From a virus: a stretch of DNA of 64,000 nucleotides. A model generated the notes under the pieces. The model ran no database searches. It was not told the origin of the DNA and saw only the letters and a list, made by a program, of their open reading frames with translations. This document shows, in pieces, positions 15,959-25,491 of this stretch. The stretch's first letter is position 1. Each line of letters opens with the position of its first letter. The stretch is taken from IMG/VR virus record IMGVR_UViG_3300022699_000293, positions 1 through 64,000 of that record; one strand, given 5' to 3'. A program made the position numbers and the translations under genes.

Positions 15959-18950
15959 AACTTACGCTATTAAGTAATTCATCCTGAATTTCTTGGTTAA
16001 GAAAATCATCTTTTTCATCTGTTATTATACCGTATTGCTGTTTTCCTTGAAGATACTTATCCACATCATCAAGTTGCCCGTATGAAGGCCCCACTTCTAC
16101 ATCCCAGAGAAGAGGGACAGGTAACCACGAATGGCGTTCCTGAACTTGTTTTACGCCGTAATCATAGATAAAATCTGGAAGTTGTGATGCGTATTTTTTT
16201 GGAATTTCGGCAACAAGAGAGTCGTGTACAGTTATTAGTAAGTGGCCACCAAAGTCATGACGAATAGGTTCGTCGACAGCGGTAAGTACCTCCAAAATAA
16301 TATCAGATGAAGTACTTTGAATAAGCATATTAATTGCTTGACGTTCAGCTTTTCTGCGCATTTTAAACGTCATATTGCCTGTATCAAGTCGGCGTCGACG
16401 TCCGAAAAAGGTTTCAACAACTCCCAGGTATCTAACTTTTTCTTTTGTTTGATCGATGTACTTGCTTATAGTAGGAAATCTTTCAAACAACGAATCAACT
16501 ATAAGCTTGCCCTGAGATTCTGGGATACCTACAATAGATGCTATTTTTCTGGGAGATGCTCCGTATAAAATTCCAAAAACTACTCGCTTAATATTGCTGC
16601 GCAGTTTACCAAGACGTTTTCCATAAGCGACATCAGGTCCAGGTTCCTTGTCTGTTCCTGTAAAGTAACTTCGTTTTTGAAAATCTTCGTAACTCCAACT
16701 ATGTTGGTCATCGATTCCTACAGTACGTAACAATGCTTGTTTTTCTTCTTTAGAAGAAAGATGTTTTGTTAAGGTGTCGGGATTTAAAATGTTAGCTGAA
16801 AAATAACTATGAGGATCTAAACCATCATTGAGAGCTTCTATGAGATTTTTATCCCGACTGTATGCAGCATACAAACGTACTTCAGCAGCTTTAGCATCAG
16901 CATTAACGATAATTTCTGTATCAGGATTAGTAGGAATAAAAGCTCGCTTTAAATTATGCTCCCCTATTGTCATGGGAATATTTTGCATATTTTCATCAAC
17001 AGAACTAAGGCGACCTGTAGCAGTTCCGTGAATATTGAAAGTAGTATGCATTTTCCCATCTTCTTCACTTAGGACTAAAATATTTTCTATAAATGTATCT
17101 CTGGCTTTTGACAACGCACGATATTCTAATAAAGCGTTAGCAAAAGCACACTCGTAATGGTTTTTTAATGTTCGTAAAAATTTAGCATTTGTAGAGATAA
17201 ACCCTGTAGGAGTGTGTGGGATATCTTCTTCAGGTATCGTACCTTTGTAGCAAACAGTCTCCCCGGTTACCGGATGTTTATACCCCGTAGAGAATAATAA
17301 ACGTCGTAATTGAGACACGCTTTTGGGATTGAAATTCTCACTCAAAGCACCCTTGGGAATCATGTGCAACAAGTTAATTTTATGGTGTCGTAGAGACTTA
17401 TCCATGTCTTGAGCAAGACTTGTAACGTAAGGTCTATCTACGCGCATACCCCATGCTTCCATTTGTGCGAGGGTGCGCGAAACCGGAAGAACATGGTGTT
17501 TCATCAAATCGTTTAAGGGGAATGCAGAATTAGGATTTCCTGGACGTGCCAATTTTTTAAAATAGGCGCTTCCTCCTAACATACTACGTTGCTTATTGAT
17601 TTTTTCTTGTTCTGTAATTATTCTTTTCTTTTGAATAAACGTTAAATTTCTAGTTGCGTCTGCATCGATAGCTCCGTACACATTCAATTTTTTAAGAGGA
17701 ACCATTGCAAATCCGCAATCCGTTACTAATTTTTTCTTAGTTCCTTTGAGATCCGCCGACTTAACATCTAATTTTTTTAACAGTTCTTTTTTATGTTTGG
17801 TTACGTAAGTTTGGGTTTCTTCTTCGTAACCTGCGTATTTAGGAATAAACATTTGTACTAATGTTTTTAAACCGTAGTGTCCTTTTTTAGCTTCGGCTAA
17901 TAAGTGTTCTCCTAGCATCGTATCCCACACTACGTTACGTACATCCCAACCTTTACTCCACAAAATTCTAAGATCGTATTTGGCGTTATGAAATGTTTTA
18001 GGCTTGTTACACGTAAGTAATTGTTGGATATACGGAGCTATTTCTGATAGTTCAAAAGGACTATCTTCATGTTCTATAGGGATGGATGCTGCAAGCCCGG
18101 GACCCCAAGAAACTACAAGAGATAAAATTTTAGTTTTTGATCTGTGAGGGAAAAGAGTATTGGTCTCAGTATCTAAAGCAATTAAGTGTTTTGCGGGATT
18201 TAACCCATCTCTGTGTTTGTACTCTATTATTTCTTCAACTAATTCTTTTACTTGCTTGGTAGTTTTAGGAAACCTATAGTCCTTAGCAATTACGTCCGGA
18301 GGTAGTGTTATTTGTAATGCTTTCCCTTGCTTAGCTTCTGTAACCAATTCTAAAAATTGAAGTGCATGTCTGTGCATAATACTGTAATGGTCGGGAGAAG
18401 CAAGTAACTGCCGTTTAGAGATAGTAGGCATAATAACAAAACGTCGGTTATATAAAGTTAATTCTATAGGTTGTCCAATTAACTTTTTATATCCTTTTAC
18501 TTTATAACCTAAAGATTGGAGTACTGCAGGACCTATCGCAAAAACCATGATCGGTCGAGGTGGAGGAAAAGCAGTTTTCATAATTTCTGGATGTAAAAAA
18601 TCAGCACAAGCCTTCACCATTTTGATGTTAGGCTTGTCTTCAGCACAACGTATTGCGTAGGTGTAACAAGAATTCAACTTAGAATATTTTTTTTCTTTTT
18701 GTAATTTAGTGAATAAATTACGTATTAACCTTTCGATATCAGCATTCCAAGGAGTATGTTGTTCTACATTTTCAGAAATTCCGGAAAAAGTTGGAGATTC
18801 GGATATGCAATAAAAGTCTACAGGTTGTGTAGAATCAATGAAAAGACTGTGAAAGTAATGTTTTTGTCGATAGTTAGGACATTTAGAACAATTGGGTCCT
18901 TGCCATGCGTTATCTAATCTACATAAGTTACATTCAGAAACAGCTATCAT
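15957..18950 (-). CDS. family A DNA polymerase with N-terminal uracil-DNA-glycosylase-like domain and 3'-5' exonuclease
   Basis: Exo DTET, HNAKYD, YGAIDA; pol TATGRLSS..NMQNIP, motif A DAKAAEVR, motif B R...K...FGILYG, motif C VHDS; N-terminal CNLC...YAIRC...C pattern. Confidence 0.92.
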   Translation of the reverse strand: MIAVSECNLCRLDNAWQGPNCSKCPNYRQKHYFHSLFIDSTQPVDFYCISESPTFSGISENVEQHTPWNADIERLIRNLFTKLQKEKKYSKLNSCYTYAIRCAEDKPNIKMVKACADFLHPEIMKTAFPPPRPIMVFAIGPAVLQSLGYKVKGYKKLIGQPIELTLYNRRFVIMPTISKRQLLASPDHYSIMHRHALQFLELVTEAKQGKALQITLPPDVIAKDYRFPKTTKQVKELVEEIIEYKHRDGLNPAKHLIALDTETNTLFPHRSKTKILSLVVSWGPGLAASIPIEHEDSPFELSEIAPYIQQLLTCNKPKTFHNAKYDLRILWSKGWDVRNVVWDTMLGEHLLAEAKKGHYGLKTLVQMFIPKYAGYEEETQTYVTKHKKELLKKLDVKSADLKGTKKKLVTDCGFAMVPLKKLNVYGAIDADATRNLTFIQKKRIITEQEKINKQRSMLGGSAYFKKLARPGNPNSAFPLNDLMKHHVLPVSRTLAQMEAWGMRVDRPYVTSLAQDMDKSLRHHKINLLHMIPKGALSENFNPKSVSQLRRLLFSTGYKHPVTGETVCYKGTIPEEDIPHTPTGFISTNAKFLRTLKNHYECAFANALLEYRALSKARDTFIENILVLSEEDGKMHTTFNIHGTATGRLSSVDENMQNIPMTIGEHNLKRAFIPTNPDTEIIVNADAKAAEVRLYAAYSRDKNLIEALNDGLDPHSYFSANILNPDTLTKHLSSKEEKQALLRTVGIDDQHSWSYEDFQKRSYFTGTDKEPGPDVAYGKRLGKLRSNIKRVVFGILYGASPRKIASIVGIPESQGKLIVDSLFERFPTISKYIDQTKEKVRYLGVVETFFGRRRRLDTGNMTFKMRRKAERQAINMLIQSTSSDIILEVLTAVDEPIRHDFGGHLLITVHDSLVAEIPKKYASQLPDFIYDYGVKQVQERHSWLPVPLLWDVEVGPSYGQLDDVDKYLQGKQQYGIITDEKDDFLNQEIQDELLNSVS

Positions 18951-18951
18951 G

Positions 18952-21900
18952 TTACTCCCATTCTTCATATTGCTTATCAAGCTCTTCTACATTGTAAATT
19001 TCTGTGTCTTCTTTATTGTTTGTTACGTGTGGAACTGTTGAAGGTTTTTGTGCATCTTCGTTCAGCCAGGAACCTGGACGGAATACAATCACATCTTCGA
19101 CAGTCAAACTACCTCCCATATACGGACGAGCACGTTCTAAGATACCTAATTTGCGTATAGCGTCAGGTTTTAAAGCTAAATAGTGACGTTCTAAAACGTC
19201 CCTAACACGTATTTTGGACGCTCGTGCCATTTGGTGGTCTCGTGGAATCAATGCAGGTATAGCTTGACTTAAAAACATTAAAAGATGTTTAGTGACAGAA
19301 TCAAAGTATAAACCACAGGTTTGCGTGTTGATTTCTTCCCTCGTATTTGCATTTCCTAAAATTGCTCCAGCTGACGTTTTTCTCTTTTGGTCAAACAGAT
19401 ACAAGTCACCAAAACTGAGCATATCTTTAAATAAGGATTCAGACTCATTAATGGAAGCTGCTCTATGGATTGTTGTTGCGTTACGTGCCACAAACTTGCG
19501 TAAGAATGCTTGCCAATCATGTCCTAGATATTTAAGAAAAGCCAACACCCCAAATAAGGATGAAGCATATCTCCACTCAATTTTGAATGGAAGCATTGAG
19601 TTTAATTTAGGGAATTGTTGTTTTATTTCGGTGTAATGTTTTAAAATCTCAGGTACTCGAGGATACAAAGCTATTGTAACTTGTCGTGCAAGTTGTTGTA
19701 CGCCTTCTATACCTAAGTTTTTAAGGATAATGTTCTCGGGGCTGTCTCGAGCTTCTGTCTTGTTCATCTCTATGATAAGCATTCGGTTAAGGTCTTGGGG
19801 TCGTTCCGCTCCAGCAATACCTGCCAACATAACAGACATTCCTAAGTAAGCTGCGCGGTATCCTTGACCATCTTTACGTCCTACAACGCGTCGAGATTGT
19901 CCTGTGACAATACCTCGAAGTACTTCTAAAATTTGGATACAATGGTCTCGTTTTTGTCCATCTAACTCGAATTCATCCAAGGCAAGCATCCGTGTATCGC
20001 GGTCAGTAGAATACACAATGCCTGGTTTTGTGTAGTCGTCGATTCCTTGAGAACTGAGGTTTAGGCGAATAGTAGGAACTTGGATACCCCCAAAAATTGA
20101 TAATAGATTCGACTTACCTGAAGATGTTTCGCCGGTGATAAACATGAACATTTGGCGATCAAAAGTATTCATGATGGGCATCAACAATAATTGTGCAGCC
20201 AAAAATCGAGGCATTACTTCATGTGCTGTAAACCGAAAAGCTGTATCAAAAAGTTGTTCTAGTTGCTGGAATAAATTACTTACGTCTAGGTCGGAAGCAG
20301 AATACAAGATTTCTGGAGATAGTCTTCCAGGAAACCAAGGACGTGTATCTTCGTTAGGAGACGTAAAACCTACATCAAACAGTATTCCTTTGTGAGCAGG
20401 GCCTTCCAAGCGTCTATAATTGGGGGTTCCCGAGTCAGAACGATCAAAATAGATCACATCTTTACCGCAAACTACGTACTCATCAGCTTTCCCGTCTTTT
20501 TTGGGAATGTAGTGGTAACCCTGCCGTAAACGTCGAGTTTCTGAGATATCAGGAATACCTTTAGCTAAATCAAGGCAAGCTTCTTTTAGATAATATCTAA
20601 TATTGAGATCCGTGCGTCTCCGACTTTGACCTTCCAATGTTTCTGGATCCTCCAGGAATGAAGGAAAACCTACTTCTTCTCGAATAAATTGAAGAAGATT
20701 TCCTGTCGTAGGAGCCAATTCTTGTGCGATAGCTTGTTCACTATCAAGACGAATTTGACGGTATTCCCGCTCTTTTTTCGCGTACATAAGAAGGGCACGA
20801 TTAGAAGTTTCTCTATTGGTGGCTAAAATCGAAAAGTGATCTTTTAGAGCGTCTGTACATCGTAAAATAAATCCCGACTCGGTATCTTCGCTAGAAGCAA
20901 TTTCTCTTTTCAAAATAGGAACAGAAATTTCATTATAAGTTCGGGACAATTCTATAGAATACTTCTCAATATCGTGACGATGTTTTAAGCAACCTCCAAT
21001 ATCTGCTGCAATTTCTACCATGTTTCTGTAGTCTTGATTGGATGCTTTGCTAATTGCTTCTGTAGCTAATGTCACAGCCCATTGCCAAGAAGGTATGAAA
21101 TTTGATTCAACATTTTTCCAAAGACTATCTTCTATTTTTTGTAAACCATGCTGAAGAATAGCTTCGTCAATATCTCCCGAAGAACCTAATTTATCCCACC
21201 CTACAAATATCCGCGTTTGCAATTCGCGAATTTTGTGTAACCAAAAACGAACTACAACATCCCCTCCTGCTTTACCTTTGTAAGGAGAGTCTCCTATAAG
21301 ATATGCGCCGCTAAATCCTGTAGCTTTGAAAATAGGCTCTACATGCGCGGATCCTCCCTTACCCCCCACAGAAAATAAGGGAAATTTAGGCCCACCAGCT
21401 CTTAGCGATTGTGCCATGTAAGTCATGACATCCATCTCGCCTTCTGTAAGGTACGCCCAACTACTTTTTTGGGAATCAAGTAATGATTGATAATGTTGCC
21501 AACCTAGCCCAAAAATACCTAGCAAATCTTCAAAATCATCAGAAGGAAATATGTAATCTTTTTGTGCCTTACTGTGAGGAGCGCGAATTTTGAGTCTTCC
21601 AATTTCGTCAGGAGTCACATGTAGCGGCCAGATTATACCGCCCAATGTAAAAGGTGTATTAAATGAATCTGCCAAATAATCTATAGCTGGATTAGCTACG
21701 TTTTCTGGAGGTGTGATGTTTCGAACCGTGGCTTTTTCCCATGCTTTGTAAGCGCGGTTATAATCGTTTTCAATTAAATTGCCGAGATCTGCTAAAGGAG
21801 GTACAATCCCTACAGGTAAAGCGTAAAGAGTATCCACGGGTAATTGTCGTTCATTGAGCATCCAGTTTAATGCATCTTTGGCAAAAGGATATTTGTCAGG

Positions 21901-22362
21901 CGTAGTTATAGCCTTGCACATAACTTGGTTACAAACACGTGCTATAGCTTGCTTAACGTTTTGGTTAGTTTTCTGGGCTTGTAATTCTTCAGTAATTTTT
22001 TTAGGTAAAAAACTTAAATTATAACGTTCATTTAAAAATTGAATGGCATCGGCTTCAGTACTGTCCATTAAGACAGACAATAAGTATATCGGATTAGACG
22101 TATAAAACTCACAACCAAAACACTTAGCATACCCTTTAGACGTGAATACAAAGAAGGAAGGGACCGTATCCGCATGAGAAGGCAAAGGACACAAAGCTTT
22201 AAGCGTAGTATCCCCTGCGAATTCCACCTTTGATTCGCGTTTATAGTTGTTAAAAAAGTCGTACCAATCCCGGGGGGAAATGGTTTCCCAAATTTTCCAA
22301 ATCTGTTCTCTAGTTATACCCCGCTTTTTATCCTTCTTCTTTCGAGTTTTGGTTGCAGGCAT
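18952..22362 (-). CDS. primase-helicase fusion (CHC2 Zn finger, TOPRIM, P-loop ATPase)
   Basis: CPLPSH.DT.PSF...CFGC; TEGEMD, GDS, GDIDE; GETSSGKS and ALDEFE. Confidence 0.82.
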   Translation of the reverse strand: MPATKTRKKKDKKRGITREQIWKIWETISPRDWYDFFNNYKRESKVEFAGDTTLKALCPLPSHADTVPSFFVFTSKGYAKCFGCEFYTSNPIYLLSVLMDSTEADAIQFLNERYNLSFLPKKITEELQAQKTNQNVKQAIARVCNQVMCKAITTPDKYPFAKDALNWMLNERQLPVDTLYALPVGIVPPLADLGNLIENDYNRAYKAWEKATVRNITPPENVANPAIDYLADSFNTPFTLGGIIWPLHVTPDEIGRLKIRAPHSKAQKDYIFPSDDFEDLLGIFGLGWQHYQSLLDSQKSSWAYLTEGEMDVMTYMAQSLRAGGPKFPLFSVGGKGGSAHVEPIFKATGFSGAYLIGDSPYKGKAGGDVVVRFWLHKIRELQTRIFVGWDKLGSSGDIDEAILQHGLQKIEDSLWKNVESNFIPSWQWAVTLATEAISKASNQDYRNMVEIAADIGGCLKHRHDIEKYSIELSRTYNEISVPILKREIASSEDTESGFILRCTDALKDHFSILATNRETSNRALLMYAKKEREYRQIRLDSEQAIAQELAPTTGNLLQFIREEVGFPSFLEDPETLEGQSRRRTDLNIRYYLKEACLDLAKGIPDISETRRLRQGYHYIPKKDGKADEYVVCGKDVIYFDRSDSGTPNYRRLEGPAHKGILFDVGFTSPNEDTRPWFPGRLSPEILYSASDLDVSNLFQQLEQLFDTAFRFTAHEVMPRFLAAQLLLMPIMNTFDRQMFMFITGETSSGKSNLLSIFGGIQVPTIRLNLSSQGIDDYTKPGIVYSTDRDTRMLALDEFELDGQKRDHCIQILEVLRGIVTGQSRRVVGRKDGQGYRAAYLGMSVMLAGIAGAERPQDLNRMLIIEMNKTEARDSPENIILKNLGIEGVQQLARQVTIALYPRVPEILKHYTEIKQQFPKLNSMLPFKIEWRYASSLFGVLAFLKYLGHDWQAFLRKFVARNATTIHRAASINESESLFKDMLSFGDLYLFDQKRKTSAGAILGNANTREEINTQTCGLYFDSVTKHLLMFLSQAIPALIPRDHQMARASKIRVRDVLERHYLALKPDAIRKLGILERARPYMGGSLTVEDVIVFRPGSWLNEDAQKPSTVPHVTNNKEDTEIYNVEELDKQYEEWE

Positions 22363-23155
22363 TGTCTATTTTGCTCCTGGCATTGTACTCGGGACAAGTT
22401 TCCTTAAAGTCGCACCAATTGCATAAAGGTCCTTGTCGCGTTTCTTTTAAATTTTCAAGATTGGTAGCCTTTAAATTTAACCAGTCAATAAGACGTTCTA
22501 TATAAGGTTGTATCTTAGTTATGTCCCGTCCTTGCTTAGAAAATTCTACCTTAGCCCATTTAGCCCAATGTATTCCAACACGCCCATATTCTAAATTCTG
22601 CAACTTAGCTTTCATAAGAAGCAGGTAACAATCAAATTGTGTTTCATGGTAGCGTAAATGTCTTTGTTTTCCTGTTTTATGATCTAGCAAAATCACATGG
22701 TTTGTATTGTTAGGAAACATCGCTAAGTCAACAATACCCCTAAAAAATGCTTTACTATTATCGAAAAATTGAACAGGGTTTCCTTCAAGATCTGTTGCTA
22801 ATTTTTTCTCTATCCAAGTAGAATGTATGTTATGCTTTTGTTTATACCTTCTAAGTTTTTGGATAAACGCTAAAACGTTAGATTCCATGGCATCTATACG
22901 GTCAATTGCAGAAGCTGGAAGTTTCTCATATTTTTCTAAGGCAGCTTCTCTAGATAGTTTCCAAGATCGGTCACTTATCATAAATTCTAAAATTTGGTGA
23001 ACAGCCTGACCGACTAAAGCATCTTCATTAGGTTTACGTTTACGCTTTTCTATGTATGTAAGATAGAATTTGTAAGGACATTGTTGAGCCATTTCTGCCT
23101 TTGAATAAGACCAAGGAGCATATTTTAAAACTAACTTTGACGGCGAAATAGTCAT
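22328..23155 (-). CDS. PD-(D/E)XK nuclease (RecB/Cas4-like)
   Basis: SYS....QQCP, G...H..LE, RGIVDL, LDHKTG, CNWCDFKETCP. Confidence 0.85.
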   Translation of the reverse strand: MTISPSKLVLKYAPWSYSKAEMAQQCPYKFYLTYIEKRKRKPNEDALVGQAVHQILEFMISDRSWKLSREAALEKYEKLPASAIDRIDAMESNVLAFIQKLRRYKQKHNIHSTWIEKKLATDLEGNPVQFFDNSKAFFRGIVDLAMFPNNTNHVILLDHKTGKQRHLRYHETQFDCYLLLMKAKLQNLEYGRVGIHWAKWAKVEFSKQGRDITKIQPYIERLIDWLNLKATNLENLKETRQGPLCNWCDFKETCPEYNARSKIDNACNQNSKEEG

Positions 23156-23194
23156 TGTTTTGTCCTTAGTAATTACGCTGTTTACCTTAAAGTG

Positions 23195-23232
23195 AAAAAA
23201 ATGAGAGAGAGCTATAAGCTAACTCTCTCTCA
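23195..23232 (-). terminator. Rho-independent terminator after the SSB-like gene
   Basis: TGAGAGAGAG/CTCTCTCTCA stem followed by a T7 run on the minus strand. Confidence 0.75.
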
Positions 23233-23252
23233 CGTATACTTACAATTGCGCT

Positions 23253-24344
23253 CTAAATGTTATCATCTTCCGAGTCAAATTCATCGTAAACATCTTGGGC
23301 TTTTTCTGAATTTGTAGAAGAAGAATCTTCGTCCAGAGTATCTATGTCCACTTCAGCAGCACTATTGTAGATACTTGCTAAACCTGGCAGAATGAAATCG
23401 TGTTCTACAGTTGAGCAAAGAGCTGCACAAAACTCGTTCAATTCTGGGGACATTGTTTCATCTTCATGTGCGTCAATACGCATAACGTGCCATTTAATAC
23501 TAGCCCCGCCTCCACCTTGACGTTCGGCAGAAGTAATACGGAAAAATCTCCTCCAAGGAACCAAGTCTTTCGCGACTAATTTTGATAACTGTCGTCCAGC
23601 TGCCTCGGATGTACGAGAAAAACGAACTAAAACTAAGTCATCCAAATCCGGAGGAAGCATGAAAACAACGACATCATCATTGCAACGAGTTTTTTCTCCT
23701 TTATTCCAAGGACGTTCCGGACATGTTGCGCAGGTGCCGTATTTCGAACCTACCTGACGATCCATTGAGGAGCAAAGAGGAGCACCTCTAGCCTCGTCAG
23801 CACCAGGCCACATAGTTCTTCCTTGCCAAAGAGCAACTACGGCTCCTACAAATGCAGAACCAACATTACGTTTGGTTGTAAAGTAGAAATCACCAACACG
23901 GCAATTATCGGGACGATTTGGATCTGACCCGGTACCTTGGTAAAGTCTTAGTTCTGTAAACTGGGGTCGATTGTCTGCTAGATACAGACCTGGCCGTTCT
24001 GTGTCCATCTTTTTAATCAGATTTACAACTTTTTCATAATGCTCTTCCGACAAACCTTCTACTATGGTTGCAAAATTAGTTGTGGTAGGGCGTTCTATAC
24101 GTTCGAGACGACTACCATACCGTTCCAGAAAAGCCGGATGTTTTGAATTTTTAGCGATATCCGCCAAAATTGGGGATTTGATTTTAGCCAAGTCTAGAGA
24201 CGCATCAGTTACGTTTGCTAGTGTTGTTTCATTTTTTGATGATTCTTTTTCTAAAGAGTTTTCTTCTTCTTTTTCTTCTGGTTGGTTTTCTAAATTTTCT
24301 GTAGTTTGTTTAGAAGTTTGTTTGTTTTTCTTTTTCGATGCCAT
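23253..24344 (-). CDS. putative single-stranded DNA-binding/annealing protein
   Basis: Replication-cluster position, Cys cluster (C...C..CP...C), very acidic C-terminal tail (DEFDSEDDNI), own promoter and terminator. Confidence 0.5.
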   Translation of the reverse strand: MASKKKNKQTSKQTTENLENQPEEKEEENSLEKESSKNETTLANVTDASLDLAKIKSPILADIAKNSKHPAFLERYGSRLERIERPTTTNFATIVEGLSEEHYEKVVNLIKKMDTERPGLYLADNRPQFTELRLYQGTGSDPNRPDNCRVGDFYFTTKRNVGSAFVGAVVALWQGRTMWPGADEARGAPLCSSMDRQVGSKYGTCATCPERPWNKGEKTRCNDDVVVFMLPPDLDDLVLVRFSRTSEAAGRQLSKLVAKDLVPWRRFFRITSAERQGGGGASIKWHVMRIDAHEDETMSPELNEFCAALCSTVEHDFILPGLASIYNSAAEVDIDTLDEDSSSTNSEKAQDVYDEFDSEDDNI

Positions 24345-24376
24345 GTGCGGTCCTCCTTGGTATTGACATAGTTCTC

Positions 24377-24405
24377 AATGTACTCAATATGTGTGGACAA
24401 GTCAA
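24377..24405 (-). promoter_or_regulatory. sigma70-like promoter for the SSB-like gene
   Basis: Minus strand TTGACT-17 nt-TACATT, followed by an AAGGAGG RBS. Confidence 0.6.
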
Positions 24406-24460
24406 ACTAATTCTGATAAATTTTTTCACAGGTAATGACACAAAATAAGGATTTTATTCA

Positions 24461-25489
24461 ATGGAAAATGAAGATACTTTTACAGATAGAGTTTTACAAA
24501 ATTACTACAAAGATTTAAGCAGGAATTCAATTTTATCTTCTGAGGAAGAACGGAATTTACTTCAACGCTACAACTTTTGTAGCAAATGTAAAACTCGGAT
24601 TCCAAATCGTGTACAGCGTAAATATTGTATCGAGTGTGGTACGCCCATACTTAATGTAGTAGAACACCACACAACCATCTGCAAGGTATGTCGTGCTAAA
24701 TTTGATACCTTCTATACTCCTTCTTATTGTATTCAATGTGGCCAACCTCGAGATCTAGCTGCTCGCGACGAATTAATTAAAGGTAATTTACGTTTTGTAG
24801 TCAAGATGGCTAAATCTATTACAAAAGATCCTTACCGTATTAAACAATTAACTTCTGCTGGAAATCTTGGTTTAATGACAGCTATAGATAAATTCGATGT
24901 TGAACAACCTACACGATTTCTAACATACGCGGCCCATTGGATACGTAAAGAAATGTTTGAAGAAATTCAAAATAGTGATTTAGTTCACATACCTTCGCAC
25001 AAACAAAAAACACAGCGTAAAATTGCCAAACATGGAATTTACGAGTGTGTACATTGTGGCCTTCAGATTGAAGAGAAACATCCTACTAAAAAATTACCTC
25101 CCTGTGTTGAGGAAAAACATGAATTTATCGAAACCAAAGAGACAGAAAATTTAAATACTGTAGTACCTTTAGAACCTAAGTTAACTTCTGTATTACCTGT
25201 CGAAGATCAAACTGAAGAAACTATAGTAGACGTGTCTGCAGCAAATTTGTTAAGAAAAGTATTAAGCAAAGTTAAAGCTAGAGCACGAGATAAATTTATA
25301 TTATTACAATATTATAACGTTCCAGAAGAGTCCCGACGCACTTCTTCTAAAAGTCTACATCAGCTTGCAATTTTAGCAGATATCACGCCTGAGCGTGTAC
25401 GCCAGATTAAACAACGTCTTTTAAAAGAAGTGCGTGGGGAATTATGTCGGATGGCTATCACAGATATGGATGATATTTACGGTATATAA
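24461..25489 (+). CDS. sigma70-family sigma factor with zinc-ribbon insertions
   Basis: Region 1.2 YYKDL...ILSSEEE, region 2 NLRFVVKMAK / GNLGLMTAIDKFD / RFLTYAAHWIR, region 4 ITPERVRQI; five CxxC pairs inserted. Confidence 0.88.
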   Translation: MENEDTFTDRVLQNYYKDLSRNSILSSEEERNLLQRYNFCSKCKTRIPNRVQRKYCIECGTPILNVVEHHTTICKVCRAKFDTFYTPSYCIQCGQPRDLAARDELIKGNLRFVVKMAKSITKDPYRIKQLTSAGNLGLMTAIDKFDVEQPTRFLTYAAHWIRKEMFEEIQNSDLVHIPSHKQKTQRKIAKHGIYECVHCGLQIEEKHPTKKLPPCVEEKHEFIETKETENLNTVVPLEPKLTSVLPVEDQTEETIVDVSAANLLRKVLSKVKARARDKFILLQYYNVPEESRRTSSKSLHQLAILADITPERVRQIKQRLLKEVRGELCRMAITDMDDIYGI

Positions 25490-25491
25490 GA

